Of a stretch of 64,000 bases of DNA, positions 38,010 through 47,892 are shown one piece after another. The stretch is taken from contig CAZEGD010000002.1 of assembly GCA_964512235.1 (NCBI GenBank), forward strand, positions 40,768-104,767. Direction: 5' to 3'. Positions within the stretch are counted from its first letter, which is position 1. Every line of letters starts with the position of its first letter. The DNA is from an uncultured archaeon (GTDB lineage Archaea > Aenigmatarchaeota > Aenigmatarchaeia > CG10238-14 > SCSR01). A program made the translations under genes and the position numbers. Below the pieces are notes generated by a model that saw nothing but the letters and a program-made list of their open reading frames with translations, ran no database searches and was not told the origin of the DNA.

Positions 38010-38687
38010 TTATTTCTTTAACTTCATCACTACGAACATATGTGCCTTCTCATATGGATCGAGCTCTACTTTGTCAAGAATTTCAAAGTGCTCTTCCAGC
38101 CCTTTCAAGCATCTCTTGTAGATTTCTTTGGGTTTCCTTGTGACATCGATTGACTGGGATTTTATTGCAATCATGGCAAGTCCTTGAGCTTTGAGAAACT
38201 TTCGTGCATTTCTAATCATTATTTCAATTTGGTCTGGCGATGCAACATCTTCGTAAACCAAATCTACTTTCTCTAAAATCGTACTCTCGTACTTTTCAGT
38301 AAGCCTGGCGTCTGCAAGAATCGGTACTATGTTACCCCTCTTCTCAGCGACAGACACCAATTCACGCAGTACACGATTTGATATATCCACTCCGTAGATG
38401 ATGCCATTCTTACCTATTATGTCTGAGAGGTGTGAAGCCGTAGTGCCACTTGCTATACCAAGATATAGAATAACCATGCCTTTTTTGATTGGAAATTTCT
38501 TCAGTCCTTTTTTGATTGCTGCAGCTGGTTTGCTCCTATAATGGTCCCAAATCCTATATTCTTTGCCATCAGCTTTTACAAGTTCTTCTCTATATACACG
38601 ACTGCCTGGAACGAGATTGATAGTGGCAATTTTTTTATCGATTAAAAATACGCCTTCGAATTTTTCTTTGATTTTCATAAGTCTCAT
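38010..38687 (-). CDS. flpA: Fibrillarin-like rRNA/tRNA 2'-O-methyltransferase
   Basis: SAM motif ILYLGIASGTTASHLSD; nop5-flpA pair. Confidence 0.93.
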   Translation of the reverse strand: MRLMKIKEKFEGVFLIDKKIATINLVPGSRVYREELVKADGKEYRIWDHYRSKPAAAIKKGLKKFPIKKGMVILYLGIASGTTASHLSDIIGKNGIIYGVDISNRVLRELVSVAEKRGNIVPILADARLTEKYESTILEKVDLVYEDVASPDQIEIMIRNARKFLKAQGLAMIAIKSQSIDVTRKPKEIYKRCLKGLEEHFEILDKVELDPYEKAHMFVVMKLKK

Positions 38688-39763
38688 TTTGATTTTACTA
38701 TTCTTTTAACCTTCTCTTCCAGCTCTTTCTTGAGCTTAGTAGACTGGTCCTTCTTTGAGTAGTTATCCAGCTTAGCTGCTATGCTTAGTTTGGATGCCAA
38801 CAAACGTGCGACTTTACCTTTTTTCTCCTTTGAGACATTATGCAAAAGTTTGTGCGCACTGATGACGCCATGCTTGGGTGATTTGCCATGACCATGTAGG
38901 TGTCTGAATAGTGCCTTCTCTGCACCCAGCAGCTGTATCGTGGAGGATGTCATCTTTGCTAGCTTGTCCAAGCTACCTGCATGTGCAATCAGTTTGCCTG
39001 CGATCTTAGCACCCGCCAGAGCACGGAAGTTCGGCGCCACTTCCTTGAGCAACTCGTCCAAATAATCTTCCAAATCTTTCCTCAATTTGTAAAGGTTTAG
39101 AATCTGCGTAGCCATCTTCTGTAGAGCATTCACGTCTTCCTTCTTCAATTCAATGCCCATGCTCCTTTTCACAAAATGCTTCAATTCTGGGTCTTCTATC
39201 TTTTCCCGCGAGCCAAATTCTTCAACTATTTTTGCGTATCTTTCATGATTGGAAATAATTCTATTCATCTCTGGGAAGTGTAGACTGAAAAATTCTCTAA
39301 GCCTCTCAGTCAGTATGTTTATCGACTTATCAAGCTCGTATATAGCTCCATTGACTTGAACTACTAGGCTGTCTCTACCAACAGCTTCCTTTATGTCAAC
39401 TTTTGTCAATGCTATATTCACTTTCGTTAGAAGCTGGTTGAATTCTGACTGGTCCTTTACGACTCCTTTCTCCACTGCAAGAATGCGTAACTTCTGATTT
39501 AAAGATTCTTTCTTTGATTTGTCCCAGTGGTCGATTCCCTTCTTCCTCTCAGGAAAAATAAAGTCAGAGTTTTTGAATTTTTCCATTAGTTTCTTTTCTT
39601 CTTCGATTATAGACTGTTCGGATGCTTTCATCCTTTCAGCAATCTTCCTAGGTTCTTTTGGAAAGGCAATATACCCTAATATTTTGTTGTCCTCCGATAC
39701 TGCAAAAACTCCTGCAAAAGTCGTAACTATATACACATTTTTCTTCACTTTCTTAGCCCCCAT
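38684..39763 (-). CDS. nop5: C/D box sRNP protein Nop5 (Nop56/58)
   Basis: NOSIC/Nop domain (ALFRHLHGHGKSPKHGVI...); coiled-coil; 4-nt overlap with flpA. Confidence 0.9.
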   Translation of the reverse strand: MGAKKVKKNVYIVTTFAGVFAVSEDNKILGYIAFPKEPRKIAERMKASEQSIIEEEKKLMEKFKNSDFIFPERKKGIDHWDKSKKESLNQKLRILAVEKGVVKDQSEFNQLLTKVNIALTKVDIKEAVGRDSLVVQVNGAIYELDKSINILTERLREFFSLHFPEMNRIISNHERYAKIVEEFGSREKIEDPELKHFVKRSMGIELKKEDVNALQKMATQILNLYKLRKDLEDYLDELLKEVAPNFRALAGAKIAGKLIAHAGSLDKLAKMTSSTIQLLGAEKALFRHLHGHGKSPKHGVISAHKLLHNVSKEKKGKVARLLASKLSIAAKLDNYSKKDQSTKLKKELEEKVKRIVKSK

Positions 39764-39863
39764 AGTTTTTTATTTATCTTATTAAAACTTTAAATGTGTA
39801 AATATAATGGAGTGAGAGGGGATACAACTGATATGGTTTATATTACTTGGTGTAGTAGGTGTT

Positions 39864-40388
39864 GTGGCAGTAATAGCACTGATAGCAGTATATTACATAA
39901 ACAGGATAATCGTACTCTCTAACAGAATAGGCAATGCGTGGTCGCAGATAGACGTGCAGTTGAAAAAGCGTGCAGACTTAGTGCCAAACCTGATGAACAC
40001 AGTAAAGGGCTACATGAAGCATGAGAAAAACGCAATCAGTATGGTCACAAAGGCAAGGGAGCGTATGCTTGGTGCCAAGAGCGACAAAGATCGCCTGAAG
40101 GCGGACGGGCAGTTGAGCAGAGCTTTGAAGACGATATTCGCACTTGCAGAGAACTATCCAAATCTGAAAGCTAGTGAGAATTTCAAGCTGTTGCAAGAGC
40201 AGCTTGAGGGGATAGAAAATAAAGTCGCATACAGCAGGCAGTTCTACAACGATTCAGTGCTCATCTTTAACAACATGATAACAACGATTCCAGGTAAGTG
40301 GTTTGCAGGTATTGTCGGAAGGACGAAGACAAGAGAGTACTTTGAGATAACTGCTGCAGAAAGAAAGCCTGTAAAAGTCGAATTTTAA
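39864..40388 (+). CDS. lemA: LemA family protein; the N-terminal TM appears encoded upstream of the first canonical start (frame open from 39816), so the start codon is uncertain
   Basis: AWSQIDVQLKKRADLVPNLM LemA signature; upstream in-frame LIWFILLGVVGVVAVIALIAV is hydrophobic. Confidence 0.75.
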   Translation: MAVIALIAVYYINRIIVLSNRIGNAWSQIDVQLKKRADLVPNLMNTVKGYMKHEKNAISMVTKARERMLGAKSDKDRLKADGQLSRALKTIFALAENYPNLKASENFKLLQEQLEGIENKVAYSRQFYNDSVLIFNNMITTIPGKWFAGIVGRTKTREYFEITAAERKPVKVEF

Positions 40389-40408
40389 ATTTAGACTAAA
40401 CGGCGATA

Positions 40409-41320
40409 GTGGATAGAATGGAAAAGACTAGCTTTTATGATGAAATCTCTAGAAATAAAAGAGATTCTATAATATTGTCTACTCTAGTCTTTTCTTTCCT
40501 AGTGGTTTTGGTTTATGTAATTTCTTTGATTTTCGCCCCTGGGTCTTCTGCAATCTTTCTGGTCTTTGCAGGAGTTTTCATCTTGATCTACATTTACGGG
40601 ACTTATAACTATGGTGATAGGATGGTTCTGGCTGCGACAAAAGCAAAGCTTGTCAGCGAAGATGATAGAAGGTATGCGCATCTCATAAACGTGGTTGATG
40701 GGTTGAGTATTGCGTCTGGCATACCGAGGCCGAAGGTCTATGTGATTGAAAGTGATGAGATAAATGCGTTTGCAACAGGGAAGAATCCGCAGCATGCAAG
40801 CATAGCAGTGACTACTGGTTTGCTAAAGAATTTAAAACGAGATGAGATTGAAGGTGTGATAGGCCACGAACTTTCGCATGTAAAGAATTATGATATAAGA
40901 TTCGCCATGATTGTAGCGGTGATGGTAGGTCTCATAGCGATAATAAGCTATATGTTTAGAATGTCTCTTTGGACGTCTGGCTCTAACAGGCGTGGAGGGG
41001 GTAGAGACAAAGGTGGATTGATTATAGTGATTGGGTTGGTGCTTGCTATATTCGCGCCAATAATTGTCCGGCTTGTGCAGCTTGCCATATCCAGGCGCAG
41101 GGAATTCCTTGCAGACGCTTCATCCGCCCAGTTAACCAGATATCCACAAGGATTATCATCGGCTCTGGAAAAGATTAAGAGTGTTAACAAAGGTAGAATG
41201 AAGGTGAGTGAAGCTGTATCGCATCTATTTTTCATAGACCCGAACAAGAGCCCTCTAGATTCTCTCTTTGCAACTCATCCGCCAATCGAGGAAAGGATAA
41301 AAAGATTGCGAGCTATGTAA
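40409..41320 (+). CDS. htpX: Zinc metalloprotease HtpX (M48)
   Basis: HEXXH as GHELSHV; 4 TM; lemA-htpX pair. Confidence 0.88.
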   Translation: MDRMEKTSFYDEISRNKRDSIILSTLVFSFLVVLVYVISLIFAPGSSAIFLVFAGVFILIYIYGTYNYGDRMVLAATKAKLVSEDDRRYAHLINVVDGLSIASGIPRPKVYVIESDEINAFATGKNPQHASIAVTTGLLKNLKRDEIEGVIGHELSHVKNYDIRFAMIVAVMVGLIAIISYMFRMSLWTSGSNRRGGGRDKGGLIIVIGLVLAIFAPIIVRLVQLAISRRREFLADASSAQLTRYPQGLSSALEKIKSVNKGRMKVSEAVSHLFFIDPNKSPLDSLFATHPPIEERIKRLRAM

Positions 41321-41323
41321 CTT

Positions 41324-42082
41324 TTGGGTGTCAATGTGAAGATTGGAGAACTTGCACTGCTCTTATCAAGAGAGGAGTCTTATCTAGTTGAAGTCTCTGA
41401 TAGAACTTTGCATATACAGAGCGGGATGATAGACCTTGGAAAATTGAAAAAGAAGAAGTTCGGTGGTGAGATTAAGACTCATACAGGAAAGAAGTTTTCA
41501 ATAGTCAAGCCAAATATTCGAGACATAGTAGATAAAAAGGTGAAACGATCGGCGCAGGTGATGATGCCCAAAGATATCGCACTGATTTTAGCGTATACAG
41601 GTATCGGACCGAGTGATAATGTTGTAGATGCTGGTACTGGCACTGGATATCTGTCAATACTTCTCGCGAACTATGTGAGCACTGGAAAGGTTGTAACTTA
41701 TGAAAAAGAAGGACGGTTCGTGAAAGTTGCCAAACGCAACATAAAATCTAGCGGCTTGAAAAACATCAAACTGAAAGAAAAGGACATTAACAAAGGTATT
41801 GATGAGAAGAACGTGGATGCTGTAACTCTAGATATGAAGAATCCGCAAAGAGCAATCAATCATGCATACAAATCACTTGTAGCAGGCGGTTGGCTAATTG
41901 TCTATTCTCCCACTATTGAGAGCTTGAAGGTTGCGGTAAATACTATAAAAAAGAAAGACTTTTGTGAATTGAAGACTGTTGAGAATATAGTGAGGGAGTG
42001 GAAGGTGGAGCTGACGACAAGACCAAAGACCATGGGATTGATGCATACGGGGTTCATAACATTTGCAAGGAAATTAAAATAA
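41324..42082 (+). CDS. trmI: tRNA (adenine57/58-N1)-methyltransferase TrmI (Gcd14 family)
   Basis: SAM-binding VVDAGTGTGYLS; TrmI N-terminal beta domain; TTG start. Confidence 0.8.
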   Translation: MGVNVKIGELALLLSREESYLVEVSDRTLHIQSGMIDLGKLKKKKFGGEIKTHTGKKFSIVKPNIRDIVDKKVKRSAQVMMPKDIALILAYTGIGPSDNVVDAGTGTGYLSILLANYVSTGKVVTYEKEGRFVKVAKRNIKSSGLKNIKLKEKDINKGIDEKNVDAVTLDMKNPQRAINHAYKSLVAGGWLIVYSPTIESLKVAVNTIKKKDFCELKTVENIVREWKVELTTRPKTMGLMHTGFITFARKLK

Positions 42083-42106
42083 TAACAAACATTATTAATT
42101 AGTTAG

Positions 42107-42712
42107 GTGGAAGGTATGGAGAAAGAAGAAAGTGATGAAAGAAAAAATGAGGAAGTCCCAGAGGCTACACCGGAGATCACTCCGGAAATGATACATACTA
42201 CTTTTAAATCCCTGGAAACAGAGGGTTTAATCCACTATATGAAAGGCGGCGCATATCTGCCGACTGAGGAAGGTTGGCAATTACTACGTGGGGCTATGGT
42301 AGGAAAGGATGAAATAATTGCATATGGCCATGAAAAAATTGTTGCTAGAGATGAAGACTCTTTTGAGATTACAACAAACAAAGGCCCAAAAGAAGAGGAT
42401 TGTGTAATCGCTGTTCGTGCGAACAAAGGGTGTAGGGATTTGAATAATAATTTCAAAATGGCTGTAAAAAGTGCGAATAAAGTTTTAATAACTGTAAAGG
42501 CTGGCAGCGAAGTTGAAAAAATAATAGCATATGGGTCGCCTGCACTCAAGCTTACAGATGCTAATGAAATTGTTGTAAGAAATTCTGACCTTATTGACGG
42601 CAAGACTGTGGCCATACTTGCAAATAAATCGGCAAATGACTTTAGCAAAGAAATGAAGGATAAATTGAAGGACCCGAAGACAGAAGTAAAAATAACTTTA
42701 GAAGTTAAATAA
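42107..42712 (+). CDS. Hypothetical protein with an acidic N-terminus, a winged helix and a DUF371-like C-terminal domain
   Basis: IIAYGHEKIVARDEDSFEITT recalled as DUF371-like; low certainty. Confidence 0.4.
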   Translation: MEGMEKEESDERKNEEVPEATPEITPEMIHTTFKSLETEGLIHYMKGGAYLPTEEGWQLLRGAMVGKDEIIAYGHEKIVARDEDSFEITTNKGPKEEDCVIAVRANKGCRDLNNNFKMAVKSANKVLITVKAGSEVEKIIAYGSPALKLTDANEIVVRNSDLIDGKTVAILANKSANDFSKEMKDKLKDPKTEVKITLEVK

Positions 42713-42740
42713 TTTTTCAATTCTATATTTAATTGTGCGC

Positions 42741-42815
42741 GGGGTTGTAGTATAGCTTGGTCTAGTACCTCGGACTCGGGTTCCGATGACTTGGGTTCAA
42801 ATCCCAACAACCCCA
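42741..42815 (+). tRNA. tRNA-Pro (anticodon CGG)
   Basis: Acceptor GGGGTTG/CAACCCC; anticodon stem TCGGA/TCCGA; loop CTCGGGT; T-loop TTCAAAT. Confidence 0.88.
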
Positions 42816-42934
42816 TTTGGTCATGAACGTTTATTTCTCTATGAAAATCGATTTAATAAATATCGGTGGCGTAGTGGGTTAAATGAAAAGCATGTGCTCT
42901 ATTTTTTAATAATTATAAACCCAAAAATAGATTA

Positions 42935-43753
42935 ATGTTGAAAGGTTATGGTCTTGCTGGATTAGTGACAATTGTACTTGCAGAAGTATTCCTATATTTT
43001 AGAGTCTGGCCGTTCGTATCGTTCTTCTGTCCATTAGTATGGCTGGGGTATATCCTTTTGGTAGACAGTCTAGTCTTTAACGCAAAAAAGAGTTCACTTC
43101 TGACAAGGCATCCGAAAAAAATTGTAGCGATGTTTGTTCTGTCCTTGGCATTCTGGATGCTTTTTGAATTCTACAATGAAGCCGTCCCGGGATGGGAATA
43201 CCTGAACATAGGAACTATAGAAGTTTTTTCTGGTTTGATAGCATTTGCAGCAATTCTACCGGCTATCATGGAGACTAACGATTTGCTGAGAAGCCTACAT
43301 ATCTTTGATGCGTTTAAGGTACCGAAAATGAAGGTGAATAAAAACTTATTAAGAATTTTTATAGTGATTGGAGTTGTGTCCCTTGTGTTGCCGTTCTTCA
43401 TTTCGTCTCCGTGGATGTGGGTTCTTATCTGGACTGGTTTCTTCTTTTTACTGGACCCAATAAATTACCTCAATGGACAGAAGTCCATCATTTATCATGT
43501 TAAAAGAGGCAACTGGTCTCTTCCATTATCACTCCTCTTTGCTGGGTTCATATGTGGGTTCCTTTGGGAGTTTTGGAATTATTGGGCAGTTACGAAATGG
43601 AAATACATCATTCAGATACCATTGGTGAAAATCAAAATTTTTGAAATGCCACTTATAGGCTTTCTAGGCTTCGGACCGTTTGCATGGGAACTGTACGATA
43701 TGTACTATTTTATAAAATTCCTTTTGGGTAAGGGAGAAAAAATTAAACTTTAA
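42935..43753 (+). CDS. Hypothetical polytopic membrane protein (272 aa)
   Basis: 7-8 hydrophobic helices. Confidence 0.55.
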   Translation: MLKGYGLAGLVTIVLAEVFLYFRVWPFVSFFCPLVWLGYILLVDSLVFNAKKSSLLTRHPKKIVAMFVLSLAFWMLFEFYNEAVPGWEYLNIGTIEVFSGLIAFAAILPAIMETNDLLRSLHIFDAFKVPKMKVNKNLLRIFIVIGVVSLVLPFFISSPWMWVLIWTGFFFLLDPINYLNGQKSIIYHVKRGNWSLPLSLLFAGFICGFLWEFWNYWAVTKWKYIIQIPLVKIKIFEMPLIGFLGFGPFAWELYDMYYFIKFLLGKGEKIKL

Positions 43754-43782
43754 CATCTCTATAATAGTCTTAGCTGAGCTTT

Positions 43783-44328
43783 ATGATTGATATGATACTT
43801 GTCTGGCAATTCTTTTCTATGTTTGGTAACATAGAATACTGGATAGCGCTGGTTGTCGGTTCTGTGCTGATTTATATAGCGTTACCAAGAAAGGACAAAA
43901 AACACGTTTCGTGGATAGTGTTTTCACTAATACCTGCAGCAATTTTAGCTTTCCAAACTGCCTATTTTTTGAAGCTTTGGTTTCAAGTGCCTAGACCTTG
44001 TTTAGGACTAATCGGCTGCCCAGGTTCATATTCCCTTCCCAGTAACCACGCGTCCATAATGTTTGCGGCTGCTGTTGTTATAGTGTTAAACATGAAAAAA
44101 CGTTTAGTGCAGATTGCTGCTATTGTTTTGGCTGTCCTGGTTTCGCTTTCACGTATAGCTTTGAATTACCATACTCCGTTGGACATAATAGTCGGATCTT
44201 TGATAGGTGTATTTAGTGGAGTTATAATCCAGAAAGTATATCAGAATATAACATTGTCATATTTTGAAAAAATCTCGTCTAAACGTCGCTCGTCAAAGCG
44301 TGGTCTGTCTAGACTTCTTGGGGTTTAG
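43783..44328 (+). CDS. PAP2-family (type 2 phosphatidic acid phosphatase) membrane phosphatase
   Basis: PAP2 motifs KxxxxxxRP-like VPRP, PSNHA, SRIALNYHTPLD. Confidence 0.75.
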   Translation: MIDMILVWQFFSMFGNIEYWIALVVGSVLIYIALPRKDKKHVSWIVFSLIPAAILAFQTAYFLKLWFQVPRPCLGLIGCPGSYSLPSNHASIMFAAAVVIVLNMKKRLVQIAAIVLAVLVSLSRIALNYHTPLDIIVGSLIGVFSGVIIQKVYQNITLSYFEKISSKRRSSKRGLSRLLGV

Positions 44329-46485
44329 CTTACTGTCAGTCTTTTCTCCAAGCTGGTCTTTTATCTGCACGGCTATATTCGGTCCTATTATTTTCTGGAG
44401 ACTAGATAATGGAATTTTTCTCAAGGCACTTATCGATTTTAAGTCTGCCTTATACAACCTACGCGCACGTACTCTGCCTATATTCTTTAGCTTCACCAAT
44501 GGCAGTATCTCTTTACGGACACCGTATTTTAGCCTAGTACGCACTTTTCTTATGTCTTTCAGCATCTCTTTTTTCCCAAGCAACAGGGCGAACTCTTGCA
44601 TCGCATATATCAACCAATCAGCAATGTTGAGCCTGCCACGCAACTCGCCTGGGGCAACACGAAACTTGCCTATGATATCGTCCTCGCTCATCTCGTTTGT
44701 CCAAGCTTCGAATAGTTTAGCGGTCTTCACGCTACGCAGGAAATCGTCAAATTCTAAGTCCCACTCTTCCGGAGCCTCGCAGAGAAACTCTGGTTCATGA
44801 GCCACTATGAATTCATTAAGTTCAGCAAAGTCGCCTGTGCGTACCCTGAGCATTGGCCGCATCTCCAGAGTACTGGAAATCGCATGTAGGAAGCTGAAAT
44901 GCTTCACATGTTTCTTGTCAGCTACCTCTATATTTTTGATGAAATTGTGCGCTGTCAATGGATCTATGTACAAATCTGATACTCGTTTTCCTAGTTTGGT
45001 GGGCTTCAGCTCTCCTCCTTTAGCAACTATGAATCTCCACGATTTCAGCATGTCTACCATTTCATAGAGTTTGCTCTCTATTGCAGACATGCTACCGTAT
45101 TGAAAAGCATAGAATGTTTGAGCGAAGAAGTTCATGAGTGTTTCCTCGGAGTTGACAAAGCTGCTTGCTATCAGGGCAAGTGTATGCATTCTAAGCACTG
45201 GCTCGACTGCAAGCTTTGAGTATATGTCTTCCGGCTCGCCAAGTATGAATCTTTCTACGAGGACGTCTGCCTCCTCTTCGGTTCTTGATATGATTATGGA
45301 TTCGCCAAAACTGTCAAACTGTGGCCTGCCAGCCCTACCTATGAACTGTTTGTATTCGAGTACTGGTATGTATGCTGCACCATGACCAGGATAGTAGCGT
45401 TTGGTATCTCGTATGACGACTCGGAATGCCGGCAGGTTTATACCCATCGCGAGCGTTGGTGTGGCTGTAATTATTTTTATCAAGCCTTTTCTGAAATTTT
45501 CCTCTATCAACCTTCGCTGCTTGCGGAGCAGGCCAGCATGGTGGAAAGCCATACCAGATTTTATACATGACGCCAATTTTTTACACTGTCTAGTCGGAGA
45601 TTCCAATACATTAAGTATGCTGTCTGCGGTCTTTGCAAGTTGGGACTGTTCTGCCTTTCCTATGTAAGACTTGCAAGCATGACTTAGCTTCTCAGCTAGA
45701 CTTTCTGCATTCCGCCTCGTTCCTACAAAAAATATTGCCTGCTTACGCATTTGCAAAGTCTGCTTGGCTGTCTCTATGTCCGGTTCTCCTGACGCCAATT
45801 CATAGTTGTCTTTGTTATAAAATTTTATCGAAGAGTTGTATGTTATACCTTCGTATAACTTAACCGGGCGGAATTCGCTTGTTACCAGCTCTGCCTTAAT
45901 CCAATCTGCTATGTCTTTTGCATTGCTGATGGTTGCGGAAAGGGCTATAGTTTGAGCGTCTGGCACTAGTTTTTTCAATCTTGTCAGAAGTATCTCCAGT
46001 GTTGGCCCCCGTGAAAAGTCATTCAGCAGATGGATTTCGTCCACTATCACAAGTCCTATGTCCGTCACCCAAAAGGAACCATGGCGTATGAGCGAGTCTA
46101 GCTTCTCTGTCGTGCATACTATTACATCATAATCAGCCAGCCAAGGACCTTTGGAATCCAAATTCCCAACAGATATCGCGACTTTGTACTTCTCAAAAAA
46201 CTTCTTGTAGTATGCATATTTCTCGTTTGCCAGCGCAACCAACGGTACAATATATACGCATTTCTTCCTCTTTTCCAGAGTCTTGACCATCGCCAAAGTC
46301 GCTACAAGCGTCTTCCCAGCCGCTGTAGGCACGGAAAGGACTAGGTTTTTACCATCAAGCACACCTGTCTTGATTGCATCTACTTGTGGTGGATAGAGAC
46401 TGGTTATCTTCTCTGACTTGATTCTATCTATAAAATGTTGGGGGATATTGAATTTTTCCAGATCTTGTACATTCATAACAGACAA
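44293..46485 (-). CDS. hel308: Ski2-like DNA helicase Hel308 (Hjm)
   Basis: Walker A PTAAGKT; DEIH box; ratchet and HhH C-terminal domains; 730 aa. Confidence 0.9.
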   Translation of the reverse strand: MSVMNVQDLEKFNIPQHFIDRIKSEKITSLYPPQVDAIKTGVLDGKNLVLSVPTAAGKTLVATLAMVKTLEKRKKCVYIVPLVALANEKYAYYKKFFEKYKVAISVGNLDSKGPWLADYDVIVCTTEKLDSLIRHGSFWVTDIGLVIVDEIHLLNDFSRGPTLEILLTRLKKLVPDAQTIALSATISNAKDIADWIKAELVTSEFRPVKLYEGITYNSSIKFYNKDNYELASGEPDIETAKQTLQMRKQAIFFVGTRRNAESLAEKLSHACKSYIGKAEQSQLAKTADSILNVLESPTRQCKKLASCIKSGMAFHHAGLLRKQRRLIEENFRKGLIKIITATPTLAMGINLPAFRVVIRDTKRYYPGHGAAYIPVLEYKQFIGRAGRPQFDSFGESIIISRTEEEADVLVERFILGEPEDIYSKLAVEPVLRMHTLALIASSFVNSEETLMNFFAQTFYAFQYGSMSAIESKLYEMVDMLKSWRFIVAKGGELKPTKLGKRVSDLYIDPLTAHNFIKNIEVADKKHVKHFSFLHAISSTLEMRPMLRVRTGDFAELNEFIVAHEPEFLCEAPEEWDLEFDDFLRSVKTAKLFEAWTNEMSEDDIIGKFRVAPGELRGRLNIADWLIYAMQEFALLLGKKEMLKDIRKVRTRLKYGVRKEILPLVKLKNIGRVRARRLYKADLKSISALRKIPLSSLQKIIGPNIAVQIKDQLGEKTDSKLNPKKSRQTTL

Positions 46486-46546
46486 AATTAGGATAATAAT
46501 GAATAAATAGGATTGTCGGACTGGGTGAGAAAAAGATAATTATATT

Positions 46547-46573
46547 AATCAGCGCCTATAGAGACCGCTGATT
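46547..46573. terminator. Hairpin (AATCAGCG-11 nt-CGCTGATT) just 3' of the PRC-barrel gene
   Basis: 8-bp inverted repeat. Confidence 0.35.
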
Positions 46574-46583
46574 GTAAGAAAGC

Positions 46584-46850
46584 TTAGATTAGTTCATTTT
46601 CACTGACGATTACGAAGTCGCCTATGCTCCTCACTGCACTGAATGGTATCAGTGATCTCCCCCTGTCATCTCCCTTGAGGTTAAGATCGCTTAGATGCTT
46701 CGTACTCTGCTCCACAATCAGGTTGAGGAGCTCTCCGCTCTCTGTTATGAAGTCTATGTTACTCACGACACCGAACTTTCTTCCAGTCTCTTCGCTGACT
46801 ATAGTCTTTCCAACTATGTCTGCGGCTCTTATTCTACTTTGGGCCATCAA
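46584..46850 (-). CDS. PRC-barrel domain protein
   Basis: 88 aa, PRC-barrel pattern (DIVGKTIVSEETGRKFGVVSNIDFITESGELLNLIV). Confidence 0.7.
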   Translation of the reverse strand: MMAQSRIRAADIVGKTIVSEETGRKFGVVSNIDFITESGELLNLIVEQSTKHLSDLNLKGDDRGRSLIPFSAVRSIGDFVIVSENELI

Positions 46851-46910
46851 AAATCACCTAATTATTATTCGTCTTTGATATTTTTAACCTTTATTCGTAT
46901 TAAATTAAGT

Positions 46911-47435
46911 ATGGGTCGCTGTTTTGTTGGTATAATGGTACCTGAACATATTAGAGATGTTGCTATATCTCTACAAAAGAGGCTTGCTGAGTTCGGGATG
47001 AAATGCAAGTTTGTAGAACCTAAAAATATGCATATATGCCTCTCTTTTCTTGGAGAGGTTGACGATAGGAAAATAGAAGATTTGAAGAGAGCGTTGGATG
47101 CTGTTGCTGAGCGGTATAAAAGTTTTGATATAAAAATTGGCAAGATGAAGTTCATTCCAAGCGAGAACTACATAAGGGTAATAGTTCTTAGTGTAGATGA
47201 CTTACTAGAAAGGATGAGGAAAGCTGTTGTGGAAGCCGTAGGCGGTGATTCTAAGCCACCTCATTTAACGCTTTGCCGTGTGAAGTATGTGGACGATAAG
47301 AAAAGATTTGTGAATGAGTTTGGTGAAGTTGTTTGTGGCGAGACTTTTCGTGTGGGCAGCATACAGTTGATTAAGAGCGAACTCCAAAGGAGTGGTCCAG
47401 TTTATACTGTTATACATGAGAGTAGACTATCTTGA
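46911..47435 (+). CDS. thpR: RNA 2',3'-cyclic phosphodiesterase (2H phosphoesterase, ThpR/LigT family)
   Basis: Two H-x-T/S-x motifs (MHICLSF and PHLTLCRV); start at MGRCFVGIMVP. Confidence 0.8.
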   Translation: MGRCFVGIMVPEHIRDVAISLQKRLAEFGMKCKFVEPKNMHICLSFLGEVDDRKIEDLKRALDAVAERYKSFDIKIGKMKFIPSENYIRVIVLSVDDLLERMRKAVVEAVGGDSKPPHLTLCRVKYVDDKKRFVNEFGEVVCGETFRVGSIQLIKSELQRSGPVYTVIHESRLS

Positions 47436-47852
47436 TTTCCATTTTTTCCTCTTTAAGAATCTCTTCCTATTCAATTCTTTACCATAGTGGTTGGCGTTGT
47501 TGATAAACTTAGCGACTTCCTTTAGTTCCTCTATTTTTGTTATCTTCAAGGATCTTTTGAAAAATTTACGCACTCTCCTTTCAATCTTGACATGGGAGGA
47601 ACGTAGGAGTTTTTCTAATTCTTCTGCCTTTCTTTTTCCATCTCTATCAAAGTCTGTGAGTATCACCACATTTTTTGAGTCCTCCAATTTCTCAGCAACA
47701 TTTTCCAATGATTGCCCCGAGATTGAGAATACATTCTTGATGCCTAAACCGGATAGTGCCTTTTTATCCCTCTTCCCCTCTACAACAAAAATAAAATCAT
47801 TTGTTCTCTCGACTATTCTTTCTAAAGAGTATATCTGCTTCGGTCTGAGCAT
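47427..47852 (-). CDS. Small Toprim-domain protein (COG1658-like)
   Basis: EGKRD ... LTDFDRDG Toprim acidic motifs. Confidence 0.65.
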   Translation of the reverse strand: MLRPKQIYSLERIVERTNDFIFVVEGKRDKKALSGLGIKNVFSISGQSLENVAEKLEDSKNVVILTDFDRDGKRKAEELEKLLRSSHVKIERRVRKFFKRSLKITKIEELKEVAKFINNANHYGKELNRKRFLKRKKWKSR

Positions 47853-47892
47853 TATTTCACCAATATGTTACACTTTCTGATACTGTAATGGT

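Noticed and set aside
44264-46485. Several plus-strand ORFs (44264..44800, 44807..45067, 45134..45385, etc.)
   Set aside because: All lie antisense within the hel308 coding region.
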